Source: Candidatus Iainarchaeum sp. (GTDB taxonomy: Archaea; Iainarchaeota; Iainarchaeia; Iainarchaeales; JAZDEL01). Taken from it: a stretch of DNA of 32,000 bases. Location: contig JAZDEL010000002.1 of assembly GCA_043808785.1 (NCBI GenBank), positions 90,001 to 122,000 of the forward strand, in the 5' to 3' direction. The translations under genes and the position numbers were made by a program. How positions within the stretch are numbered: position 1 is the first letter of the stretch; every line of letters starts with the position of its first letter. The notes under the pieces were generated by a model. It was not told where the DNA came from, did no database searches, and saw only the letters and a program-made list of their open reading frames with translations. This document shows, piece after piece, positions 23,778 through 31,419 of the stretch.

Positions 23778-25025
23778 TCACCCCACTACAAGCACGCGCC
23801 CTTCGCGCAGCACGAACTGCTTCTTCTTCAGCGCAATGACATCCTTGCTCTTGATGTCCCTGTAATCTATCGTGTTCTTTGCGGGCGCGACATTCTCCAC
23901 TTTGCCGAGCCATGTCCCGTCGCGGTTGTAAACCGGAAGCCCTATGAGGAGTTTAGTCACCTTCTTTCTCACGTCAAGCACTCCAGAAACGTAATATGCC
24001 GCAAGCGCGAAAACGAAAGCGAACAGCACATTGGTGCTGAACCAGATGAGGTCCGCGTGCGCCTCCCCTGCAATAACCTGCCTTCCCGAATCCACGATGA
24101 ACCACAGCACCAGCGCCGCAACCGCGTACATGAAATACCTGCGCAGGTAGAACGCCTTCTTGAAGTGCAGTGCGTCTATTGCGCGCCCGATAATGAATGC
24201 GAGGGCGGCAATGGTTGCGAAATCTATTGCCTGCCTCGAGGCGGCGCCGGCCTGCGTGAAAATATTCAGGTTCTCCCCGCTCATCACTTCCCCCACGGCG
24301 GAAAGAACGCCGAAAATAAGGAGCAGCAGTGCGGCAAGGTATGCGGGAAAGCTTACGCGCTGCAGGGAGAATGAGCGCGTCGCGGATTTTATCCCGCCGG
24401 CAATAATTTCCTCAAGCCCCGTTCCCCTGAGCACGAGGTAAATGCCGACAACAAAAAGTATGGCCTGGAACAGCACGACCTCCATATCCAGTATTGAGAG
24501 CACGCCCCAGAGCAGCACAACAACGCCCGGCATGAGGAAAACAATCCGCGCTATTGCGGGATCCTTGAGCGCCTCCTTTATCGTGTAATAAGTGCTTTCA
24601 ACCTCCTTCGCCTGCTTCACAATCACGAGTTCCTTTGAAATTATCCGCACCCTGCCCTGGAGTATGGGTATTGTGGAATCGTCCTCCGCGCCGTCGGTAA
24701 CAAGGATTATCCCGTCCGCAGGAAACTTCTCAAGCACTGCATCCAGCTGCTCGTTAATCATCCTGTCGCTCTCGAAGCCCTTCTTGCTGTGCCCTGTAAG
24801 CGTAACGACCTCGACATTCGCAAAGTGCCCCTTTACCTCGTCATACTTCTTGACCGCGGCGAAAATGCTGTTTGCGTCGCTCTCGCCGGGGTCCGCAAGT
24901 GCCAATTTTGCGGCAATATTGAGGTTCTTTTGCCTCCCCACTATGGGGCCCTGTACATTTATCTTCCTGCCCAGATCGTTGTCCCTGTCTACGCAAACAA
25001 TCAGGGCGCTTTTTACTTCCCTCAT
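23778..25025 (-). CDS. DUF373-like polytopic membrane protein with a C-terminal PRC-barrel-like tail
   Basis: The N-terminal cytosolic domain LIVCVDRDNDLGRK...ALADPGESDANSIFAA resembles archaeal DUF373. About 6 TM helices follow. The C-terminus GLPVYNRDGTWLGKVENV is PRC-barrel-like. ATG at 25025; 25034 is GTG. Confidence 0.7.
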   Translation of the reverse strand: MREVKSALIVCVDRDNDLGRKINVQGPIVGRQKNLNIAAKLALADPGESDANSIFAAVKKYDEVKGHFANVEVVTLTGHSKKGFESDRMINEQLDAVLEKFPADGIILVTDGAEDDSTIPILQGRVRIISKELVIVKQAKEVESTYYTIKEALKDPAIARIVFLMPGVVVLLWGVLSILDMEVVLFQAILFVVGIYLVLRGTGLEEIIAGGIKSATRSFSLQRVSFPAYLAALLLLIFGVLSAVGEVMSGENLNIFTQAGAASRQAIDFATIAALAFIIGRAIDALHFKKAFYLRRYFMYAVAALVLWFIVDSGRQVIAGEAHADLIWFSTNVLFAFVFALAAYYVSGVLDVRKKVTKLLIGLPVYNRDGTWLGKVENVAPAKNTIDYRDIKSKDVIALKKKQFVLREGRVLVVG

Positions 25026-25135
25026 TTCGTACACCTGCGGGCGATTGTAAAGGTATTTATACTTACTTATATGGATATTCTTATATATAAACCATAACCG
25101 AAACGCCGTAAATCGGCGTTTTCAGGGTGTTTGTT

Positions 25136-26185
25136 ATGCTCGCCGAAACCTTGAAACAGCTGGTTTTCATAGCGGTAATTGCGTTCATTGTCTTCATACT
25201 TTTCGCCATGGTACAGTACCAGGATTTCATAACCCGCAACGCGCTCTGGATTATTGCCGCGGGAGTGCTGCTCTTCGCCGTATGGAAATACGACTTCATA
25301 ATAATGATGAAGGAATACGAGCGCGCCGTGATTTTCCGTTTCGGCAAGGTTATCCGCGTCGGCGGCCCCGGCTGGGCGGTGGTTTTGCCGCCGATAGAGG
25401 GCTACACAAAGGTGGACCTGCGCACGCACACAATCGATGTGCCGAAGCAGGACGTCATAACCAGGGACGGCATCCAGCTGAGTATTGACGCGATTGTCTA
25501 CCTCAAGGTAAGGAGCGACGACCGGTGCGTGATAAATTCCGTTGTTGAGGTCGAGGACTACGAGCGCGCGGTAATGCTGTACGTTGTGGCGACAATCCGC
25601 GACCTGATAGGCAGCATGACGCTCGACGAGGTCATTTCCAAGACAGAGGTGCTGAGCGAAACCCTGAAGAAGGAGACCGAGGAAATCTCGAAGGAGTGGG
25701 GGGTGCAGGTGGAAACTGTGGAACTGAAAGACGTCGACATCCCCCCCAAAGTCATAGAGGCGATGCACGAGCAGAAGGCGGCCGTGCAGAGGAAGCTTGC
25801 AAGGATGGAGGAGGCGGAAGCGCACAGGGTTGAAATCGACGCGGTGAAATCCGCGGCGGAACAGCTCAGCGACAAGGCGCTGTCATACTATTACATCCGC
25901 GCGCTCGAGCGCATAGGCGACGGCAAGGCCACGAAAATAATTTTCCCGCTGGAGTTCAGCAGCCTGCTTGGGGCAATTGCAGGCAGGCAGGCGATAAACA
26001 AAACCCCGCAGGGCATAGAGGTAAAGGGGGAAGCGATAAAGGAATATGCCCCGCTGATTGCGGAATACCTGCGCATGGAGAAGGAGAACAGGGAGCGGGA
26101 AGGCGCGGGAGAGAAGGCGGGAAAGGAGAGCAGGGGCAAGGGCAAAGACGAGAAATCCGATAAGGGGCGCGGAAAAAAGGAATAG
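25136..26185 (+). CDS. SPFH/band-7 (stomatin/prohibitin-like) membrane protein with a Lys/Glu/Gly-rich tail
   Basis: An N-terminal TM anchor is followed by YERAVIFRFGK...GPGWAVVLPPIE...IDVPKQDVITRDG, a coiled coil, and a KGKDEKSDKGRGKKE tail. Confidence 0.9.
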   Translation: MLAETLKQLVFIAVIAFIVFILFAMVQYQDFITRNALWIIAAGVLLFAVWKYDFIIMMKEYERAVIFRFGKVIRVGGPGWAVVLPPIEGYTKVDLRTHTIDVPKQDVITRDGIQLSIDAIVYLKVRSDDRCVINSVVEVEDYERAVMLYVVATIRDLIGSMTLDEVISKTEVLSETLKKETEEISKEWGVQVETVELKDVDIPPKVIEAMHEQKAAVQRKLARMEEAEAHRVEIDAVKSAAEQLSDKALSYYYIRALERIGDGKATKIIFPLEFSSLLGAIAGRQAINKTPQGIEVKGEAIKEYAPLIAEYLRMEKENREREGAGEKAGKESRGKGKDEKSDKGRGKKE

Positions 26186-26192
26186 TCCTGAT

Positions 26193-27119
26193 TCATCCCC
26201 CGACTATTAACCACGCCTCTATAAGCGCGCCGAACGCAAGCACCGCATAAGCCAGAAGAACAAGCACCGCGGCATCCTTCGTTATAATCCAGAACTCCTT
26301 TGTGTGGAATCTCCTCTTCGTCACCTCTACCGAGATAACGCCGCCCGCAATCGCCCCGATGAAATACCCCATAATCTCGGGTATGCCGTGCGGCAGGTAT
26401 CCTATCGCCCTTGCAAGCCCCGCAAATACATGCACGTTAAGCATCTCCTTCCCTATGAAAACCCCTATTACCGAGGCGTTCCAGCCTATGAGGAAAATCG
26501 CCCCCGCGCCGTATATGAAAGAAAGCAAAATTGCAAGCCCTAGCACAATCGCGTTGTTGTTGAAAATCAGGCCGAAGCATCCGCCCAAGCTTCGCGTTTC
26601 AGGGTCCTTGCACTCGGTAACCCCCACGCCCCCTGTGCTTGCAGCGGCATCCCCTGTTGTTGCGGTCGCCTTGCCGGTTATCGTGGAAAATGTTTTCTCC
26701 TGCTCGGCAAACACCGAGTCCCTTGCGGGAATAATGCACTCAATCTCTGAGGAGCCGCCTGTGCAGTATGTGGGCGTCTCCGCAGGCAGCACAACATACC
26801 ATAAACTGAAACTCGCGACCAGCCCTATTGTGAGCCATGCATAAACCCTGACAATGCAGAAATGCCTTGCAAGGAACCCTATTGCCCAGCCGGGCTTTGA
26901 CGCCTCCTCCTGGGTTTCCATGCAGAGCAGCTTGTTTATAAGCGGCGCAACCCCTATTGTCACGAATGCAATCGCGAGCACGCTTGTGTGTGCGGGAAAA
27001 ATATAGTGTACCGTCCATATCCCGACCGTGGAAAGGAGCACGCCCTCAAGGAACATGAGGAAACTGTGCTTTTTTGCAAGCCCCACTCCCGGCAGGTTTT
27101 CAAGGACCATCCAAACCAT
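26193..27119 (-). CDS. SpoIIM/DUF95-like integral membrane protein
   Basis: Contains NASVIGVFIG and YLPHGIPEIMGYFIGAIAGG motifs. The start is uncertain: ATG at 27119 or 27110, or GTG at 27197. Confidence 0.72.
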   Translation of the reverse strand: MVWMVLENLPGVGLAKKHSFLMFLEGVLLSTVGIWTVHYIFPAHTSVLAIAFVTIGVAPLINKLLCMETQEEASKPGWAIGFLARHFCIVRVYAWLTIGLVASFSLWYVVLPAETPTYCTGGSSEIECIIPARDSVFAEQEKTFSTITGKATATTGDAAASTGGVGVTECKDPETRSLGGCFGLIFNNNAIVLGLAILLSFIYGAGAIFLIGWNASVIGVFIGKEMLNVHVFAGLARAIGYLPHGIPEIMGYFIGAIAGGVISVEVTKRRFHTKEFWIITKDAAVLVLLAYAVLAFGALIEAWLIVGG

Positions 27120-27233
27120 CTCGCCCCGCGGTTTTGTGCCTGCGCGTTCCCGCAGCTGCCCTGCAGAGGTGCGGGGTTTGTTGTGCGCGCCCCGCACTCT
27201 CCCTAACCCTCTGTAACCATAACGATACGATGG

Positions 27234-27241
27234 TTTAAATA
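27234..27241. promoter_or_regulatory. TATA-like box TTTAAATA in a divergent intergenic region
   Basis: It is the only strong TATA-like element between the SpoIIM-like gene and csl4. It lies about 30 nt upstream of two-hairpin module copy 2. Confidence 0.45.
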
Positions 27242-27267
27242 GATTTCTTTGTTAAGTTTCCTTTGTA

Positions 27268-27332
27268 AACGCGCTATTCGGCTTGTGCCGAATGCGCCCA
27301 TTTTGGCTGAAAGCCAAAATAGGGCGTTTTTT
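27268..27332 (+). repeat. Two-hairpin module, copy 2, followed by T6
   Basis: Hairpin 1 is ATTCGGC-ttgt-GCCGAAT (27276-27293). Hairpin 2 is CGCCCATTTTGGC-tgaaa-GCCAAAATAGGGCG (27295-27326). TTTTTT follows at 27327-27332, and the csl4 ATG is at 27346. Confidence 0.7.
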
Positions 27333-27345
27333 GGGGCGTATTTTT

Positions 27346-27915
27346 ATGGCTAAAGAAAAGGATAGCATTGTTTTCCCCGGCTCTTTCCTGAGCGCCGAGG
27401 AGGAATTCAGCGCGGGCAGGAACGCCTTTGCCAGCGGCGGCACCGTGCTTTCCGAATGCACGGGGGTTTGCGAACTGGATAAGGCGGCGCGCGAAGCGAA
27501 TGTTTCCTGCAACCGCAGGGTTGCCGCGCCTCTTGACATGGGTTCGGTTGTTGTAGGGGTAGTTGCAATGGTAAAGGAAAATGCCGCGGTTATAGAGATG
27601 ATGCAGGCAAGCAACAGGGGCGAGCCGCGCGTGATACTTGCCTCGTACGCAAGCCTGCCGATATTCAATATAAGCAACGATTATGTCGAGCAGATACGCG
27701 ACGCCGTGAAAATAGGCGATGTTGTAAAGGCGGTTGCGGTGAAAGTCCTGCCGCACGGAGTCGACCTCTCGATAAAGGACCCCGAGTTCGGGGTTGTGAA
27801 AGCGTTCTGCGCAAAGTGCAGGCAGCCGATGCAGCTCTTCGGGCAGAAGCTCATGTGCTCCGCCTGCGGGCGCACGGAGGCAAGGAAAATTTCCAGGGAT
27901 TACAGGCTTAAATAG
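27346..27915 (+). CDS. csl4: Exosome complex RNA-binding subunit Csl4
   Basis: The N-terminal domain is IVFPGSFLSAEEEFSAGRN. An S1-like central domain follows, then a C-terminal zinc ribbon CAKC...CSAC. It is adjacent to rpoL, as in many archaea. Confidence 0.88.
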   Translation: MAKEKDSIVFPGSFLSAEEEFSAGRNAFASGGTVLSECTGVCELDKAAREANVSCNRRVAAPLDMGSVVVGVVAMVKENAAVIEMMQASNRGEPRVILASYASLPIFNISNDYVEQIRDAVKIGDVVKAVAVKVLPHGVDLSIKDPEFGVVKAFCAKCRQPMQLFGQKLMCSACGRTEARKISRDYRLK

Positions 27916-27959
27916 TTCGCGCGGTTCACAAGGCAGGCGCAGTTCACGGAGGAATTCAA

Positions 27960-28235
27960 ATGGAGCTTGAAGTCACGAAAAAAGAATCCAATTATCTCGA
28001 GTTCACCATAAAGGGCGAGAGGCACACTTTCCCGAACCTTCTCAAGGCAGCGCTCCTCAACCAGGACGGGATTGAATTCATTTCATACGTGCTCGACCAC
28101 CCTTTGGGCAACAACGCCAAGTTCGTGCTGCGCACAAAGGGCAAAAGCCCCGAGAAGGCCTTGTCATCCGCGTGCACCGAGATAGAGAAGAACATTGCCG
28201 ATTTCCAGAAAGCCGTGAAGAAGGCGCTGAAGTAG
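27960..28235 (+). CDS. rpoL: DNA-directed RNA polymerase subunit L (Rpo11)
   Basis: Contains LEFTIKGERHTFPNLLKAALL...FISYVLDHPL. It is 91 aa long, with a GGAGG Shine-Dalgarno sequence upstream. Confidence 0.88.
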   Translation: MELEVTKKESNYLEFTIKGERHTFPNLLKAALLNQDGIEFISYVLDHPLGNNAKFVLRTKGKSPEKALSSACTEIEKNIADFQKAVKKALK

Positions 28236-28352
28236 GGGCAAGTTGCGTTTGCGAAGGCTGTGCACGGAAGGCGGAAAATGCACCGAAGCGGGTTTGCAGC
28301 GCCGCTGCAGAGGCAGCAAACCGCTGCGGGCAGTGAGAAGGCTGTGAAACCA

Positions 28353-29114
28353 ATGCTCTCCAAACTCCGCAAAAACCTGAAATGGCTCGACCCGTTCACA
28401 TATGTGGACCTTTTTGTGATGCCGCGCCTGAACCCGAAAGACAACGAATACCTTGGCTGGGCAATTTACATATTCTTTGCCTTTGTTTTTGCGCTCGCTT
28501 TTTACACGCTCCTCGGCCTTGCCCTGAACACAAATTCCCCGCTGATGATTGTGGTTTCCGCCTCGATGGAGCCCGTGCTCTACCGCGGCGATGTCGTGCT
28601 TTTGCAGGGCGTTCCCCCGCAGAGCCTGAACGCGCCGCTTGTTGAACTTGATGCGCAAACCCTGCGCAACACAGCGCTTATTGATTTCGCGCAAATCGGA
28701 TATGAACTCGGCGATGACGGCGTGCTCAGGTCGAAAATCCTGGATTTCGGAAACGGCAAAAAAACCGAGATAACAACAAACGGCGATATTGTGGTTTATT
28801 TCTCGGAACTGCGCAACGAGCCGATAATCCACCGCGCCGTGGCAAAGCTGCACGCAAAGGACGGATATTACATAATCACAAAGGGCGACAATTACACGAA
28901 AAACACGACCGTCGACCAGGACTGCGGAAAGGTTTTCAGCGGCATGCCCTCAAAGCCCTGCATAAACCTCTATCCCCAGCCAGCCGAGAAACTCGACGGG
29001 AGAATGATTCTCAAAATCCCCTTCCTCGGCTGCGCAAAGCTCTGGCTTATGGATGATTTGGCAACACTGCTCACGCAGGGGAAACTGCCCGCGAACTTCG
29101 GCGGGGTTTGCTGA
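28353..29114 (+). CDS. Signal peptidase I, archaeal/eukaryal Sec11 type (S26B), with an insertion of about 50 aa
   Basis: It has a TM anchor, the Ser box VVSASMEPVLYRGDVVLL, the His box EPIIHRAV, and ITKGDNYTKN...DQD. Alternative in-frame starts are ATG 28278 and GTG 28260. Confidence 0.85.
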   Translation: MLSKLRKNLKWLDPFTYVDLFVMPRLNPKDNEYLGWAIYIFFAFVFALAFYTLLGLALNTNSPLMIVVSASMEPVLYRGDVVLLQGVPPQSLNAPLVELDAQTLRNTALIDFAQIGYELGDDGVLRSKILDFGNGKKTEITTNGDIVVYFSELRNEPIIHRAVAKLHAKDGYYIITKGDNYTKNTTVDQDCGKVFSGMPSKPCINLYPQPAEKLDGRMILKIPFLGCAKLWLMDDLATLLTQGKLPANFGGVC

Positions 29115-29182
29115 AGGCGCGTCAAAACGAACAGCGGACTTTTGGTTTATGTCGTGGCGATTAATAATCCAAGGCACACAAA

Positions 29183-29779
29183 TCAAAAAAGCCGAATCCC
29201 GAGATTTAACAGCCATTTGGCAAACTCGCCCTCTACTTTCCCATTCATTTCTGTCAATTTAACATCGACTATGTATGGCTTGCCGATGTCTTCTTTTACA
29301 ACAACGAGCCATTCACGACCTGTGAAAGTAATGCCATGTTTTTTGGCAATCTCAGTCTCCCTCCCTATTTTTTCTTCAATTTCCTGATAGTTGCTTAGCC
29401 TTTTAATTTCAGGGTTTTCCTGATAGGACTCCAAATTATGCTCAATGACCTTAAGACTGCCGCCACGGGAAAGGTCTGTCATTATTTGCCTCGAATCAGA
29501 AACTGTTTTGTGCTGGGCGGATTTTTCCACAGCAAGCCATGCTATCGGAATTACGCTCAGTTTGAGTTCCTTTAATTTGTTCAGGATAAAAACATTTCTT
29601 GGCTTGTAGGTGCTCTCTTGGATAATTTTCTCCGCCATGTTCAGCGCCCTTTTGCCGAACACAACTTTTATTTTTTTTGCCGAACCGTGTGCCCCTTCGC
29701 CTAAATGCCCTTCATGCCCCCCCAAAGTCGCTAAAAATGGTTTTTTGCCGTATCTGTGGAATTCGTATTTTGGCGCCAT
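29183..29779 (-). CDS. Hypothetical protein in a low-GC island
   Basis: ATG verified, with a TATA-like AATAAATA 22-29 nt upstream. Hand counts on two 60-nt lines give about 37-40% GC, against about 68% for one line in the flanking gene. No family recognised. Confidence 0.6.
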   Translation of the reverse strand: MAPKYEFHRYGKKPFLATLGGHEGHLGEGAHGSAKKIKVVFGKRALNMAEKIIQESTYKPRNVFILNKLKELKLSVIPIAWLAVEKSAQHKTVSDSRQIMTDLSRGGSLKVIEHNLESYQENPEIKRLSNYQEIEEKIGRETEIAKKHGITFTGREWLVVVKEDIGKPYIVDVKLTEMNGKVEGEFAKWLLNLGIRLF

Positions 29780-29863
29780 ATTTTAGTTACGGCTTCGGGG
29801 TATTTATTGGTTTCTGCACGTGGTTTCGGCGGGTTTGGTTCGCCGCAGAAACAAACCAAACCA

Positions 29864-29898
29864 GCCAAACCAACCCGCCCAACCAAACCAACCCGCCC
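29864..29898. repeat. Tandem direct repeat CCAAACCAACCCGCCC x2 (18-nt period) within a CA-rich tract
   Basis: The copies are at 29865-29880 and 29883-29898. More CAAACC units lie upstream and a hairpin lies at 29810-29852. Confidence 0.85.
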
Positions 29899-29963
29899 GA
29901 ACCCGCGCGCGTTCGGTTTTTTTGTAAATCACTTTAAAAACAATACCCAACAGAAACCATACT

Positions 29964-30713
29964 ATGCTTTCGATGGTTTTGGACGACGCGGTTTCTTTCA
30001 GGAAGTGCATCGACGCGCTCTCAGTTCTCATAGATGAGGCGGAGTTCGTCGCGGATTCCTCGGGGCTTGTGCTGAAGGCCACGGACCCTTCGCAGATTTC
30101 CATGGTCGATTTCAGGATGCCGAAAAAGGCGTTCAGGGAAATGAATGTTGATGAAACCCAGAAGTTCGGCATCGACCTTTCATACCTTTCGCAGGTTATG
30201 TCGCGCGCGCAGGCAAAGGACAGGCTGAAAATGGAGATTGCGAAGGACAAGGCGCATCTCATAGTGACTTTCGAGGGTTCGGCAAAGCGCAGTTTTTCAA
30301 TACCCCTCCTCGACCTCACAACAGCGGAACTCCCCACGCCAAAGATTGAGTTCGACGCGGAACTGAAGGTTATCGCCTCCGAACTCCAGGGCGGGTTCAA
30401 GGATGCCGCGCTCATAAGTTCGCACCTCACTTTGGGGGTTGACGCTGAAAAATTCTTCATGCGCGCGAACTCCTCAAAGGGCACGTTCAGCCACGAGTTA
30501 ACAAAGAAGGACGCCGCGCTCTCGGAACTGAAGGCAAAGAACGAGGCGAAAAGCATTTTCCCGCTTGATTACCTTGCCAACATGCTGAAAGGCGCACCCT
30601 CCGACACGCAGGTAAAGCTTTTCCTGAAAAAGGACGCGCCGATAAAGGTCGAATACTCAATCTGCGGTGCTGACCTTGTTTACTTCCTCGCCCCGCGCAT
30701 AGAAGGCGATTAA
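29964..30713 (+). CDS. pcn: PCNA sliding clamp, paralog 1
   Basis: It is 249 aa long and contains LKATDPSQISMVDFRM, FSIPLLDL and FPLDYLANMLKG. A TATA-like CTTTAAAAAC lies 24-30 nt upstream. Confidence 0.93.
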   Translation: MLSMVLDDAVSFRKCIDALSVLIDEAEFVADSSGLVLKATDPSQISMVDFRMPKKAFREMNVDETQKFGIDLSYLSQVMSRAQAKDRLKMEIAKDKAHLIVTFEGSAKRSFSIPLLDLTTAELPTPKIEFDAELKVIASELQGGFKDAALISSHLTLGVDAEKFFMRANSSKGTFSHELTKKDAALSELKAKNEAKSIFPLDYLANMLKGAPSDTQVKLFLKKDAPIKVEYSICGADLVYFLAPRIEGD

Positions 30714-30772
30714 ACTCGCGCCAAGGATAGAACACGGCTAACTTGCGCCAATGGCATGCTGTGCAATAACAC

Positions 30773-31240
30773 TTACCCCATCGCTCCCTGCGATTCAATC
30801 TTGCTTATTCTCCTCAGGTGCCTTTCCTCGTTGCAGAAACCTGTTGCGAGGAAGGCGAGCATTATTTTTTCCGCCTCATTTGCTTTGAGCACGCGCGCAC
30901 CCAGGCAGAGCACGTTCGCATTGTTGTGCTCCCTTGCGATTTTCGCTATCTTCACGTTCCAGCACGCCGCAGCGCGAACGCCCCTGCACCTGTTCGCGGA
31001 AATGCACATTCCTATGCCACTGCCGCATATGAGTATTCCGGCAATATTTCTGCCCTTTGCAACCCATCCCGCCGCCTTCTGCGCGTAATCCGGGTAATCA
31101 ACATCTTCCTTGCCCTGCGTTCCCAAATCTTCGAATTCTATGCCCGCCTTTGAAAGCGCCCTCTTGAGGCGCTCCTTAAGCGCAAAGCCCGCGTGGTCGC
31201 ACGCAATAACGACCTTCTCGAAAGCCAGAACCCTTGCCAT
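30773..31240 (-). CDS. rpiB: Ribose 5-phosphate isomerase B (RpiB/LacAB family)
   Basis: Contains VVIACDHAGFALKE, ILICGSGIGMCISANR and AREHNNANVLCLGAR. ATG at 31240. Confidence 0.92.
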   Translation of the reverse strand: MARVLAFEKVVIACDHAGFALKERLKRALSKAGIEFEDLGTQGKEDVDYPDYAQKAAGWVAKGRNIAGILICGSGIGMCISANRCRGVRAAACWNVKIAKIAREHNNANVLCLGARVLKANEAEKIMLAFLATGFCNEERHLRRISKIESQGAMG

Positions 31241-31419
31241 GTATGCCAAACCCCAGCAAATTGGGCGCAAAACAGTTTTAATAACATATTCATACTACTG
31301 ATTATAGTGCGTTGCCCCGGGTTCGGGGTAAACCACGGCAATGCCCGAACTGCGGGCGTTTGTGGGTTTGTTTGGGGAATTGTTCGGAACCGTTGTTTCG
31401 TGTGTGGGGGTTTTTGGCA

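Noticed and set aside
25101-25121. Hairpin AAACGCCG-taaat-CGGCGTTT upstream of the SPFH gene.
   Set aside because: It is a short 8-bp stem in a divergent promoter spacer, followed by only four T and with no second copy. That is insufficient to call a regulatory RNA or terminator.
28236-28352. Palindromic or structured segment between rpoL and the signal peptidase gene: GCGGGTTTGCAGC...GCAGCAAACCGC at 28288-28324, with an inner palindrome GCAGCGcCGCTGC.
   Set aside because: It may simply be coding if the peptidase starts at the in-frame ATG 28278 or GTG 28260. No second copy was seen, so it was not promoted to a finding.
31316-31329. T-loop-like GGGTTCGGGG in the rpiB / PCNA-2 spacer, with similar CGGGTTCG strings at about 19128-19135 and on the minus strand at about 29899-29908, considered as possible tRNA or split-tRNA fragments.
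   Set aside because: No acceptor, D or anticodon arms can be drawn around any of them. The stem-loop geometry (5-bp stem, 4-nt loop) is not a T-arm.
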